DNA of 63,180 nucleotides, filler included, from Rhabdomonas costata (GCA_019059605.1; 53 parts of 53 records of this genome joined end to end with filler, not necessarily neighbours in it), one strand, 5' to 3'; shown: positions 11,272-24,369, numbered from the whole stretch's first letter. Notes: generated from the letters alone by a model not told the origin. A program made the numbers and translations.

Positions 11272-11797
11272 TTATTCCACTACGTCCAGCAGCAGGGCGA
11301 CTCCTCCGACAACCCACTTCCTGGGGTTGCTCTTGGTCTTCAGGTGCAGCGTGGTGACAAAGCCCGGGCCTCGTTCCTGGGTCTTGTACACGGGGCAAGG
11401 ATACTGATCCTTGTAGTCCACCTTGTTGATGGGCAGCGACTTGATGGTCATCACGGGAAGCTTCGGGTAGAGCTCCTGCGGTCACAAAGCAGCATCGCAG
11501 CAGCGTAGGCACACTAATGCCGAATTGCAAAGTATAGTAAAGTGAAGTGAAGTCAAGTCAAGTAATTTCGCACCGCTGTGTGAAAAAGCAAAGAACGGTA
11601 CTATTCGTGTCGCTTGGAACAAGAAGGGAGAAAGTCGGTAGGTGAGTGGGTGGGGGGCATGGGGACAATGCCTTCATCTTCGACTCCTCAATCGTGGACG
11701 CACCAATGTCCCACCGAGCTCCTTCCATCCACATCCCAGAGACGTGGGCACCCTCTCGGGCTGGGGCGTCGATCTGGTCGGGCCACTTTTTGGTAAC
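11272..11797 (-). CDS. Axonemal dynein heavy chain, last two exons (11797-11672, 11475-11272), GC-AG intron
   Basis: APAREGAHVSGMWMEGARWD...EESKMK|ELYPKLPV...YPCPVYKTQERGPGFV..LHLKTK...KWVVGGVALLLD* is the conserved DHC C-terminus (outer-arm-like). The donor is AAG|gcattg. Confidence 0.95.
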
Positions 11798-12157
11798 CTG
11801 TGTGCCCAATAAATATTTTAACACAAACAGCTTTCGTCCCACAAACCNNNNNNNNNNNNNNNNNNNNNNNNNNNNNNNNNNNNNNNNNNNNTTAATTAAT
11901 TAANNNNNNNNNNNNNNNNNNNNNNNNNNNNNNNNNNNNNNNNNNNNGTGGTGAACACTGTATAACGAGCGCAAGCCGAAGCAGACCCGGTTCATGCAAT
12001 GGGGGCGGTCATAAAGGGTCTTCCGAACTACTGGGGCAGTGGTTCAGGGCCGCAGGTGCTGCTGTACGGTAGTGTGCATCGGTGAGAGTGCGACGAGCGC
12101 GCACTGTCTGCGTCGGTGAGCATATGTAGGCAATGAATGATTAGAAGAAGGACACAC

Positions 12158-12746
12158 CCATCCAGGATTCTCGCCACCGAGAAAAACTCCGCGGTAGCTG
12201 CTGATGTCATCAAAGGGAACCATCTGTGCACATCCAACACCCGTTCTCCTTTCCTTACCTCACCGATGCCCTCCTAAGAGTGTGCTACAAAACATCTTAC
12301 CCCAACAACAAATTGAGGTCATCATTCAAAAATCAAAGTATAGGGCAAAATTTGGAGGGATGTGCATGAAAATATGAAATTCGGATTGTTCAGTTTAAGT
12401 TTGCTAAGCTCACAAATATGAAAAGGAAGTGCCCAGCTGGTGCTTAACGCGGGTGTGTTGTGCGCTATTCATACATGATGGTTGTGTCATCAGTCGTGCT
12501 TATGAGAGTGCAGAGACTGATCACCCATCCTCAAAAAATTGTACACGGTGCCTGGGGCCGGAGCGGGGTGTTCACGAGCAGCTCGCGGGCCCTGGGGCGG
12601 AGCCCCAGGCCCTCCATGCGGGAGAGCCACACTTCCTCTACCTCGTCGTCGGCGCCTCGCAGAGGGGGCAGCGCGGCGTCGGGGTCCACGTTGAGGTACT
12701 CGTGACGCACCTTCGCGAACCGCAGCGCGGCCAGCGGGGCCTGGGC
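12158..12746 (-). CDS. CPSF1: Cleavage and polyadenylation specificity factor 160-kDa subunit, two exons (12746-12552, 12223-12158), GC-AG intron
   Basis: LRFAKVRHE and MVPFDDISSYRGVFLGGENPGW match the CPSF160 segments LRFxK and FxxIxGyxGvFlxGxxPxW. Phase-0 junction CAG|gcaccg...cacag|ATG. Confidence 0.7.
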
Positions 12747-15700
12747 CTATAGCACGAGCACGCACAAAACCCTATGCTACGCCTGCCACACTGGAATGAA
12801 AGAATACCGAATCCAAACAGCAGCATCAACATAAGCAGATGGGAACGTCAAGAAAGGTCCAATCAGACGGGCGAAGGGGACACCCAAAAAAAAGTGCGCT
12901 AAAATCCAATTAGCGGGAAGTTATCACCTGATCCCGCTGAATGCGAAAAGTGCTGAAATCCAAAGGAGGTATCACTGGTCAGTCTCAAACAACTAAAAAC
13001 TAGCATACTTACTGAAATGCGGAGGGGGATCGCCCCCAACCANNNNNNNNNNNNNNNNNNNNNNNNNNNNNNNNNNNNNNNNNNNNTTAATTAATTAANN
13101 NNNNNNNNNNNNNNNNNNNNNNNNNNNNNNNNNNNNNNNNNNTTGTGTGTGTATACCACAGGTACTGCCCTCCCATACTTAGCGGCACACTGCAGCCGAA
13201 AGTATGGGAGGGCAGTACCTGTGGTATACACACATAGCCGCACGGCGTCACAATTTAGAGAAAGTGTTTTCCCTTTGCAGCGAGAGAGAGATACACACCT
13301 TGGGGCCCTTTGGGAGATGCGGCCCTCCGGGCTGCCTGGGCGGCAGGCTGGGCATGAACACGGGCGGGTTTCGAGTGGGGAAGTACCCCGGGGTGGTCAT
13401 AGCCGTGGGCAACGTCTGCAGCCCGGTCAGCAGTGTGCCGTCAGCCAGAAGGCGCTCCGCAAAGGGTCCGGCGCCCGCCCCGCCGTAGCTCACCTCCGCT
13501 GCCACCTCTGCGACAACGAAATAGGCGAAAGGATGTGCATTTCCACGTTGGAGGAGGGCGAGGTATCGGGTTCTAGTGGAAAGCGGGGAACCGAACACAC
13601 CATCAGCTCTCTCCCTCCCCAATCCAGTTGAACTCCACCCCACACAAGGGCAGCCTGAAGAATGTCATACAGAGGTGAGGGTGCGCGATACTCTGGGTCC
13701 AAGATTTCAATTACGATCTCCAATGGGATGTTCGTTCTTGTGTCCCGCTAATTCCCGTCTTTCATAACAATATGGGTGGGTTATGTGTGGGCTTCTTTTC
13801 TGGGTCTCATTCACTTTTCTGATCACTTTGCGGGTCGCAAAGCCATGCCATCTCTCTCTCTCTCTTATTCAGAAGAGCTGGCATCTCTTCATCACCCGTG
13901 GCAGCAAGGTTTAGGCGGCGCCTGGTGGCAGTTCCTTTTCAGATCCTCAGATCCTAAAAATTACCCTCCCGCGCGCGCACATAGACACACACACACACAC
14001 ACACACACAGCAAACACGCGGCTGGGAAAATATGCACACCAGCGAAATTAACGGCCACGGAGGACAATGCGGGGCTGACCACGGCCAGCGGGGCCTGTGT
14101 GCCCCCGCCGTGCTGGCGGAAGGACTCGTAGGGCCTGAGGGGAGAGAGCAAGGGTGGGAGCACATCTGGTGCAAGTGATGTGCTTTGCCTTTCCTGCTTC
14201 GCCCTACAGAGCCATACATCGCACAAACACCAACNNNNNNNNNNNNNNNNNNNNNNNNNNNNNNNNNNNNNNNNNNNNTTAATTAATTAANNNNNNNNNN
14301 NNNNNNNNNNNNNNNNNNNNNNNNNNNNNNNNNNGGTGTGGGTTAATAGTGCAAAATGAGAAACCATGGGAAAATGGAGGTTCTCCTGCTCCCCTCAGAG
14401 ATGGCATTCTAAGTGACTCTCTGGATCCCTGGATGATCGAAGGATTCAAACATTTCAACGGAACTGTGCAAAAATCGGGACATTCTGGTGAAATTATATC
14501 AACTGATATGGAGTTGCATAGGATCCAGGAAGCCCCATAGAGAAGGGAACGGGGCAAACGTGCGGGAAACGAGGCAATGCAACGTGACGCTGGCATACGA
14601 AGCGAAGGCAGCTTCTTCGCCTATCCCGGTGGAATCGGCCTGTAGTACCCCGGCAGAAAGCAAGGGGAAGTCGCAACCCCACAGCACAAGAACCACCAAC
14701 TACTGCAGCAGAAGACAGAGAAGATACTCGTTCAGGGATACACGACACTCCAACATTCAAAACCTCAGGTTAAGTGCAATGCCTTTGGTCAATTCACTCC
14801 TGAAACAGCCGGGGTACCCGGATTTGGTGCAGTGTTGACACTGCGCCATTTACATGGACACATCCACGGGATGTTTAAACAGCACACCACCCGACAGGCG
14901 CAGAAAAAATCACAGGTTGTGAACCACGCGAAGCACGGCTCCGATCATCTCAGGGCGGCCAAAGCCGGCCAGCCTGGGCTCACGGGTGACCGGGGCGGAG
15001 GTCGTCCTGATGTGGCCAGAGCGCCGCACAGGTTTCTCCAATTTCGGAGTCTGAATGAAAGCACCCGCCAGGGCACAAAAAAAAGAGATACGTGAGAGTG
15101 TGCAGCTTCTGGATCTCGGGACAAGGTCTCCAACAAGCACACGTGTACATGCATCCCAGAAATGTCAGGGCCAGCTGACGGCCACATTGTTTCAATCTGT
15201 TGGCCTTCTTGCGGAATTGAAACCCCCATAAGTGGCAATGGGCGCTGCTTGGGAGGAGTGCCCCTGCACATCCGCAACAAACCGGTGTAATGGAAGTTGA
15301 GGTGGCCACGGTTATCACCGTTAACGGTAACCACAATTCTTAAAATGGCACCCCAAGTCACGTCCCCACCCCAGCCGCCCGCTCCGACCTCTAAACTAAT
15401 GCTGTCCTTCTCGTCTGGCACCAAACCCNNNNNNNNNNNNNNNNNNNNNNNNNNNNNNNNNNNNNNNNNNNNTTAATTAATTAANNNNNNNNNNNNNNNN
15501 NNNNNNNNNNNNNNNNNNNNNNNNNNNNTCGGTCGTTGTACCCTTCGGCTTGCATTCATTCACTCACTTTCAAGAAAGGACTGTGATGCAACTGAGTTGC
15601 ACATCTGGTCGGGAAGTGCGACTTAGTCGGGTCGAAGTGGGCCTCAACTTCTTGGTTGTTTGTGGTGAGCCCTGACCTCACCGTATCCTCTCCCAGTGTA

Positions 15701-16721
15701 ACGTGCAATAGAACAACCTCCTCACCTCAATGGCTCAACAGCATAGCTCGCCACTTCCAGCACTGCTTCAGCTCTGTGCGGGGTCAGTGCAAGTCTTACC
15801 CACCAGTGAGCGATAGATTCCATGCTTCTTACAAAACAAATACCCTTTCGGCTTTCTGCAACTACCAGGGTCTAAATAAGACGAGAAGAAAGATAAAGTA
15901 TCTGAAGTAACACCAATGCAACACTACGGCACACACACACACATGCACCTGCGGGCTCCAGGAATCGCCAAAATGTTGGGCGAGCGTCTTCCTTCGGCAC
16001 TCCACAGGGGGCCCCGCACAAACCCCACCACGCGGTACAGCAGGGCCAGGGCGCGGTCCCGGTTGGGGGACTCCGCAACCATCCCGCTGACCCGGCTTAC
16101 GTCCGCGGGCGGTATAACACCACACACCTGGCGGGCTGACCGTCGCGCCCCGCCCGCCCTAACGCAAGTCCGACCGCCACCAGAATCACGACCAAGAAAT
16201 GAACAGAACATGAACAAAACATGAAGAGAAGGCGGGGAAACCACTCCAAGCCAATCATAGGTTGTCCCGAAGTAAGCAGAAAGTAAGAAGAAAGTACTGA
16301 ATACCGCCAATGTGACGCAAGGCACGCAGGAGCCTGGGTGAGGTCAAGAACAGTATACACCCACATAAGATACGGTTTCCCTCTCTTTTCGAATAAGGGC
16401 CTAGCGTTTATCGAACGGATTGAACCACACAAGCAGTCAAACTACTGGCCACAAGACATCAAGGAAACACCATCAACCACCTGATGCTCAGCCAAAAGTA
16501 GGCACAAACTCTGTTCAGGAGAACCACCACCTGATGAACATACAGAAAAGTTTCATTCAGATTCACGCGCAACTCCACTCCCACACCACAACCCAAACCA
16601 GTCCCCAAACCCCCACACACANNNNNNNNNNNNNNNNNNNNNNNNNNNNNNNNNNNNNNNNNNNNTTAATTAATTAANNNNNNNNNNNNNNNNNNNNNNN
16701 NNNNNNNNNNNNNNNNNNNNN

Positions 16722-17815
16722 GCTGAGAGATCAATGACCTCTCCCCAACCCGACTTCTGCCTGGGATCCTCAGGTGGCCTTCATACCACCGGAAAGCCCC
16801 AATCGTAGCACCTTCCCAGGCAAAAGCACGCAAACGCACGCACGCACACACACACGCACACCAGTGCACCCAATCCGACTGCTGCACTGGTGTGCGTGTG
16901 TGTGTGGAGTTCAAGGAATAGTACGGGGGGCAGGTAAAGGCAGAGCATGACGCGTTTGCTGTGAAACGGACAGTTTAAGATAATTCAGAAGCGTTCTGTC
17001 TATGGACAACACCCGCAGCATGGGAATAAACATTTAAACAACACTTTTTTAGCAGGTGCAACAGCTCGGCAGTCAAGTCACCACCAAAAACACATGTCAA
17101 TATCTCTGCAATCGACTTTTCAGCCTGCGTGTGTGCAAGTGCTTCCGGAAGCGGCCAGAAAAGCTCATGGTAGCCTTGATTACAACTCGCCAGTTTGAAA
17201 ATACCTTTAACAAAATGTGGGCCCATCATTTAGGTGGTGACTGCCCTCCCGGCCTTTCATTTTTTTAACACGGTCTGAGCCGGTAGCCAGAAGAGAGAGA
17301 GAGAGAGAGGCAATGATCCGGCCGACGCCACACTGGGTACCTCCAATTCTTGCCTGGAGTCCCTGTGTTCTGAAGGCAGAGAGCTTGCAACCCTAACTCA
17401 CCAACAGGGCGACATCCCTCTGCTGCTGGGCGGAATTTCTTGGGAACCTCAACTCAATGGCGCATTAAACCGCAGTTTTAGGGAGCTCCAACCCTCTGCG
17501 CTACCCGTCTGCTGAGAGATCAATGACCTCTTCCCAACCCGACTTCTGCCTGGGATCCTCAGGTGATCTTCATACCACCGGAAAGCCCCAATCGTAGCAC
17601 CTTCCCAGGCAAAAGCACACAAACGCACACACACACACACACACACACACCAGTGCAGCAGTCGGATTGGGTGCACTTCAGGGAGGCGCAGATCGCGGCG
17701 GAGTTCAAGGAATAGTACGGGGGGCAGGTAAAGGCAGAGCATGACGGGTTTGCTGTGAAACGGACAGTTTAAGATAATTCAGAAGCGTTCTGTCTATGGA
17801 CAACACCCGCAGCAC
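16722..17815. repeat. Tandem/direct duplication with period about 789 bp (16722-~17021 repeated from 17511)
   Basis: gctgagagatcaatgacctct...ggacaacacccgcagca occurs twice, with substitutions and a variable CA microsatellite. Confidence 0.9.
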
Positions 17816-18832
17816 NNNNNNNNNNNNNNNNNNNNNNNNNNNNNNNNNNNNNNNNNNNNTTAATTAATTAANNNNNNNNNNNNNNNNNNNNNNNNNNNNN
17901 NNNNNNNNNNNNNNNTTGGGGGGGTGGGGTCGGCTTGGAAAAGAAAGAATGATGGATTGAAGGATTGGGTTATAATCAGGCGCAGGGTGCCCGTAGCAAA
18001 CCGGCAGTAGCAGCAAGGGGAGCAGCCCCAGCAAGCACCCCAGCACCACCCCAACAATCCGCGCCACGGATCTCCAGTAGTCTGCGATTCTTCTCTGCTC
18101 GGGAAGCAGCTCTGGCTCCGGGATCCCCAGCCGCTGCGTAAGTCGCTCCGCGGGCCCTGAAAATTCCCCCCACCCTCCTTCCCAAGGCCGTTCCTGTGGA
18201 CTGCTCTAATTTATGTGCCACCGTTGCCGCTTGCTCGGTTCGAACCGGCGGAATTTGCCCACTTGGCATACGATCAGCAACGCGACGTTTGTTCAGAAAG
18301 TCTTTTTGCATATTCCCTCATACACTCATACACTCAGCGGGAAAGTGAAAATGCCTGCGCACGCGTGTGCATGTTTCACAATCAAAGCGTTGTTGGGAGA
18401 GCATTTTTGAAGTGCTGCGTGTGCTGCATTGTTTGCTTCCTCGTTCCTCGTATCAGCCCCACCCTCCCCCCTACTCCCCCAAAAATCCAAGATATCAGAT
18501 CTGGTGCACAATCACTTAGTCAATATCCGGCTATCCCCGGATGAGCAAGCGCATTTTCTGAAGTGCATATCGGCATACCACTGGCTGATACGCAAGAATT
18601 ATGTCTCGTCTCGACCAATAAAGTGATCTCTGGACATCGACAAGTTTTCTTCTCATTTGAAGACCGCTCACTAAAAAAAACACTTGCTGCTGCTCCGGTC
18701 CTCTGACTGTCCTCCATTGTATTCTTTGCTTCTGACCTGTATGCGTGTTCCCGGCGGGCGTCTGCTGTATGGTGCGGTGCACACACTCCTTGAAAGTCAG
18801 GGTTCTTCCCATGAGTGTGTGCGCGCGTGTGC

Positions 18833-19010
18833 ATGTGTGTGTTGGGCGCATTGCGCGCTGGCTGTTGCCTGGTGGACTGGTTAACTGGTTGGTGGTGACC
18901 ACTGGGGACTGACTGGCGCACGCGCTGTTGGCCACGGGTGCTCGCGAGAGGTGCCGTTGGAGCGAACGGTGCCGTGGGGAACCGAAATTGGCTCACCACC
19001 GAACGTTCCA
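18833..19010 (+). repeat. Dispersed hairpin-rich repeat family, copy A
   Basis: Near-identical to 31978-32147 and to the reverse complement of 49966-50048. Confidence 0.9.
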
Positions 19011-20304
19011 NNNNNNNNNNNNNNNNNNNNNNNNNNNNNNNNNNNNNNNNNNNNTTAATTAATTAANNNNNNNNNNNNNNNNNNNNNNNNNNNNNNNNNN
19101 NNNNNNNNNNGTGGGGGGTGGAGAAGGTGGGTCAGACCACCATCAGCTGGGGTGCTTTCTGCGCTTCGTGCCATACCTACGACCGTGGTGCCTGCATCTA
19201 CACTCGCTGCCTTCCAACGGTGACGTCGCAGGTCGTACACATCTTGTAGAAGGTCCGGTTGTGTGTGGTGTCGGTGCGAACATGTGGTCATCGTGCGGTG
19301 GTCCAACGTTGGGGCATGGTTACCCAGTTACTAGACCGTCACGTGGTGGCTATCTGTAGGGTTGTCGTGGTGAGAGGTTCCTTGATGCTCGGACTCACCG
19401 ACCGAACATCTTTTGGACACCCTCCGCCACCGGACCTTACACATATCGCACATGCTACACCCTATCCCTAGGCATCGAGGTAGGACACATGGCCTGCATG
19501 TCATCAACGTAGGGTGTGTTACCCTATTAGTAGTGGTGTACGCGTCATGTGCTACACCTTGATGTTGGTGGTGGTAGCGTTGGCGGTCGTGGTACGGTTC
19601 AGGGCATCACCTTAACCCGTGTCAACCCGATGCCTCGATGTCAACATCCATAGGGTGTTGCATCCCAGGCCCCCTTGTAGTGGAAGGTGGGTTGGTCCAG
19701 CGGAGCCCAGCATGCAACTTGAGAGGGTGAAAGCTACCGACCCTAACCCTACAAGGTGAGCAAGTTACTGAATGTTGGCACTCGACCACTGCATGAACCC
19801 ACTCCAGCGATGGATGATGGCAGGCTTGGTGACGTAAGCCCAACCTCTGCTGCAAGGTGACACGTGAAAACCGGTACCTGAGGCCTGGTGATGCAAGAGG
19901 GGAGTGTGAGGGGGGAGTGAGAGAGGGGGAGCATGACATCGAGCATCGCGAGATGACGTGCGACGTTAAGATCCATTACGTGATCAATAGAAATGTGAAG
20001 GAGGAGCGCAGCGACGACGTAACAGTATAGAGTAGGAGCATGAGCTCAAGCCTATGCACTGACGCCGACTACGGATACGTGGGGTGAGCCATACAGTAAC
20101 CCTCTGAGGCTCTGCTGTCATGGCCCCACAGTTGTGTTGTGCTGACTATCGGAGCCACCGGTAGTCGTGGGAGGGAGTCGTGAACCTAACAACCATAGTA
20201 GCGCNNNNNNNNNNNNNNNNNNNNNNNNNNNNNNNNNNNNNNNNNNNNTTAATTAATTAANNNNNNNNNNNNNNNNNNNNNNNNNNNNNNNNNNNNNNNN
20301 NNNN

Positions 20305-21026
20305 GTGTTGTTCACAGTGATCTTCATCGGCTCCGTTTTCTTGGGCTTCACCTCCTCTTTCTTGTTGCGGAGCTCAACCAGCCCGATTGGAACGGCCTGA
20401 GGCTGCAAAAATGAAAGGTCCTATGTGCATTGCGGCGGAAGCGGGGTAGGGACCGGAATAATGTCCGCAAAGGCAGCCAAGAAGGGAAATGGGACGACGC
20501 ATGCTTTTCTATGGGCACAGAAGCACAAGGGATTAGAAAATGGGGGCAATAGGTGGGCCTGAACTTTTGCGTGTGGATGTATCCACCCACCACTGCTTAT
20601 GACCCTTGCATGGCGGGGTGGGTGGTGAGGTGAGGGGTAAATAAAGTAACACTCCCGAGAGTCAACCTTGTCTTGGGGCTGCGCTGGGGGAGAGTTTCCA
20701 CGGAGCTTCCGCTCCATGGCTTTCTTCTGGCGCTGGCGCTGCTCCTCATCCTCCCTTTCCTTTTCCCTCTTCTCCGCGCGGCGAGTCTCGGCACGCTCCA
20801 GGCGCTAAAGACATAAGCACAGCAGGGGCTATCCTTTTCTTGCCCTCAGCTACGTACTCCCCAAAAACGAATTCGCAACCTGCTCAGGGGAAAGTTCTTT
20901 CGCACCCTTCTTTGTCACGAGAACAAAGCCCTGCTGAAGATCCCTGTCGATCTGCTTCTGGGTGGGAACCACTTTGTCAACCTTCTTCTTTGGTTCCTCC
21001 TTCTGCTCGGTCGTTCGGACCTTGAG
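20305..21026 (-). CDS. Three exons of a charged coiled-coil protein
   Basis: Phase-0 GT-AG junctions give ...KELSPEQ|RLERAETRRAEKREKE...PQDK|PQAVPIGLVELRNKKEE... Confidence 0.55.
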
Positions 21027-21506
21027 CTGTGCGGCAACCAAAATGCGCCAACCAGAACGAAGACGAATTCAAAAATGCTTCCTAACTGCCTTTTTCGGTG
21101 CGTTTATACTGCATTATCCACAATTGTTCAATCCGATGCGGCACAGAGCACAGCAGCTCACTTGCTACAAAAATATATGCACAAAAAACACAGCTCTGGT
21201 CAGACCTCGTTGTTCGAGCCGACGTTGGCTTTCAAAGCACAAAAATGTGACATTATCAGGGCACCAAAGGCACTTTTTTCACTTTTTTGTGGGGGCTTGT
21301 TTTTTCTTTTGAAAGCTCGCTTTGGGTCGTCGCACCCCCGGCCCTTAATCACTGCGAGCTTGGTCAATGCCAAAGACCGGAAATGGAAAAGGCGGGAANN
21401 NNNNNNNNNNNNNNNNNNNNNNNNNNNNNNNNNNNNNNNNNNTTAATTAATTAANNNNNNNNNNNNNNNNNNNNNNNNNNNNNNNNNNNNNNNNNNNNGT
21501 GGTTGT

Positions 21507-22099
21507 GGGTACCGCAGCGGGGAGGTCGTGAGCGGGGGAAAAATGCAGGTGTTATTCGCTCTGCTGGAACTGTGCGTGGGGAAGCCCCGGGCGGAGAAGG
21601 TGCTGGTGTTCAGCCAGTTCACGGAGACCTTGGACGTGATTGAGAGCCTGCTGGAGACCCGGATCATGCCAGGCACCACCCATGTCTGGAGAAAGCACCT
21701 GGTGGGTGTCCGATGGGTGTAGGGGAGGGGAGACTGAAAAGGCTTTGTGATAGCATTCATGGTGTTCATCTTCATGTGGGTTGCTTTTCGAACTGTGCTT
21801 GGGTTTCTACGGATGATCCCCTTCCAAATAGTATTTGGGAGTATTTCGCACCTCGCCTGTGTGCTTTTGCGAAGGATTATTACCGGATGGACGGCAGCTG
21901 TCCCGCGCAGCGGCGGCAGGACATGATCACCCTGTTCAACAGCCCCGAGAACCACACCACCTGCCTCTTCCTGCTCAGTACCCGCGCCGGCGGGATCGGG
22001 ATCAACCTGGTGGGGGCCACTCGGGTGGTGATCTTCGACGTCTGCTGGAACCCCTGCCACGACAGCCAGGCTCTGTTCCGGACCTACCGCTATGGCCAG
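21507..22099 (+). CDS. SNF2-family ATPase, helicase C-terminal domain (ATRX/RAD54L2-like); exons ~21507-21701 and 21875-~22099
   Basis: SGGKM..L..LL...EKVLVFSQF..TLD.IE; spliced WRKHL|DYYRMDGS; LFLLSTRAGGIGINLVGATRVVIFDVCWNPCHDSQALFRTYRYGQ. Confidence 0.92.
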
Positions 22100-22692
22100 G
22101 CCAAGTGCGCAAACTCTCCTCAGCTTTTTAGTGTGTGTGGGAGGGGGATTTCCAACCGCCGAACTACGAGTTTGTTTCCGAAGGGAAAGGCTTATCCTCT
22201 GGTTCTTTCTTAGGTCAAAGGCTCATCGATGCTATTTCCATTTACTTTGTGATTTGCTCACAACCTTTCACTCAAAATTGATTATGTTATGTTACGCGGT
22301 AAGAATAAATGGAAAAATTCATAAACACAACCATGATAGGAAGTGCTATGTGACCGTGGTGCGTCGCGTGCGCTGCTAATGACCGCTGAGTGTCAGAATG
22401 GCCAGGCGTGACATTAACACCCATGTTCTGAATTTCCAACCAGTGCTTTTCTCCTGGGTATGGGCACTTCGCTTACGCCCGTTCATGAAATGCATCACAC
22501 CTGCAACCTTCTTTTCCCTTGTTTTCCTTTTATCCATTTTTTTAGCTGTGAAGCCTCGAAAAAATTGCCATGGTTACAGTTAACCAAACAAANNNNNNNN
22601 NNNNNNNNNNNNNNNNNNNNNNNNNNNNNNNNNNNNTTAATTAATTAANNNNNNNNNNNNNNNNNNNNNNNNNNNNNNNNNNNNNNNNNNNN

Positions 22693-22850
22693 TTTGCGTT
22701 TGCGTTTGCGTTTGCGTTTGCGTTTGCGTTTGCGTTTGCGTTTGCGTTTGCGTTTGCGTTTGCGTTTGTTTTGTTTGTTTGCTTACTTGTTGGTTGGTTG
22801 GCTGGTTGGTTGGTTGGTTGGTTGGTTGGTTGGTTGGTTGGTTGGTTGGT
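22693..22850. repeat. Compound microsatellite (TTTGCG)n followed by (GTTG)n
   Basis: Directly visible. Confidence 0.97.
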
Positions 22851-22939
22851 TTGTGTGCTGGGTGCAAAGTCCGCTGTGTGTTGCCTGAATGATACTGCCT
22901 GACTGGCCGTTGGCGACCGATGTGAAACCTGACGGGTGC

Positions 22940-23050
22940 AAGCGCTGTTGGGCCATGGGTGCTCGAGAAAGGTAAGTTCCAGGCGAACGAACGAACGGCG
23001 CCACGGGGTTCCGGGTCGCATCGCATCGCGGCCCCTGGTTCACCTCCGTA
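22940..23050 (+). repeat. Diverged relative (copy D) of the dispersed hairpin-rich repeat
   Basis: gcgctgttgggccatgggtgctcgagaaaggt...gaacggcgccacggggttccg...ggttcacc parallels gcgctgttggccacgggtgctcgcgagaggt...gaacggtgccgtggggaaccg...gctcacc. Confidence 0.55.
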
Positions 23051-24369
23051 TTCTGACATTCACCAGTACAAAAAATACGCAACGTTGCGGATGCCCCAGT
23101 CTGCTTGCTGTGGTGTGGATCAAGCACGTGCTGATCCGCTGGCCCGGATCAAGAGATTGGGATAAGGGCAGGGAACTGGTGTGGCCGACGAAAAGATCGA
23201 AACTACAGAGCCGCTACTCTGCTATTCTCTTCTTGTTCTCAGTGTGATGACGTGAGTGACGTTCAGCTTAGGAAAATGACGGTGTGTTTCCCACCTATAA
23301 TCTAACCGCTGCTTTGCGTCGGGCGCTTTTTCCAGCGCTCCTTACAATTCTTTCTGGATGGCGCGTTGCACGGGTGTCCAGCATCCACCAATTCCAAGTC
23401 TGTCTTGCTCCTCTAAAAAAAGCACCAAATAAAGGCACGCGCACGCGCACGGGCGGTACGCACTGCTTGGACCACTCCAGGAACTTCTCCTGGTTGCGGA
23501 TGTGGTGGTCCTTGGCCTCAGCGCTGACCCCCGTCAGGGGCAGCGAGTGGCCCTTTTGGAAAAGCCTGCAGCCCAGCAACCCACACCCACATCCACATGT
23601 CAAAAGCACAACCAACAGGGAAACGAGAATGTGCGGGTGAGAAAGCACAGACACAGGAGAAGAGAGAGGTTGATGCCTCACGCAGCGTGAGGGTTCCACA
23701 CCAACGCTTGCGAATCTGTTTTGATCGCAATAATGACACATTATAAAAAGTTACTAGCCGTCTGCTGCCCTGGTGTATAACAAACAACNNNNNNNNNNNN
23801 NNNNNNNNNNNNNNNNNNNNNNNNNNNNNNNNTTAATTAATTAANNNNNNNNNNNNNNNNNNNNNNNNNNNNNNNNNNNNNNNNNNNNCATTCACATCCA
23901 TCTCGTCTTCCGTACTTCCTCCAAATCTGGCTCTGGACTGCGATGGTACTTTTCCGGTTCTACCGCTACAACCTCTTCACATTTTGGAAAATTTTCATCA
24001 CCAAACTCTTTATCTTACACTTTCAAATTGTATTCATCTGGTCTTGCTGGTACCTACAAATTGTCCGGAACTACTTCACTTTCTTCCCCAGAACTCGACA
24101 CCGGTAAAGTCATCGCACTTTCTCTTCGTCGACATCTTCTTGTCTTGACTACTTCTATTCTACTGAAATTTTCGAAGGCCTCCGACTCACTCTTCTGAAC
24201 TTTTCAGTCGGTGTAGCCTTTTTTTGTGGTCTAACACATCGGCTTAATCTGTCTGCGTGTGCGGCTCAACCGTCTTCGATCCCATCCTCATCTGGTTCTT
24301 CTTCTGCATCTTCGCCCCTATCACCCTTATCTTCTGGTAACATTCGAACTGGGTATAACGCACTTGTCT

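Noticed and set aside
18841-18875. 7SL/Alu-like 5' domain (gggcgcattgcgcgctggctgttgcc)
   Set aside because: The resemblance is short, the UGUNR-type motif is imperfect, and no SRP S-domain follows.
19111-20204. Decayed retroelement
   Set aside because: It looks like mutated coding sequence but has no recognisable RT, endonuclease or integrase motif.
22637-23059. QTQT/ANAN/RLRL repeat proteins
   Set aside because: These are translations of (TTTGCG)n and (GTTG)n microsatellites.
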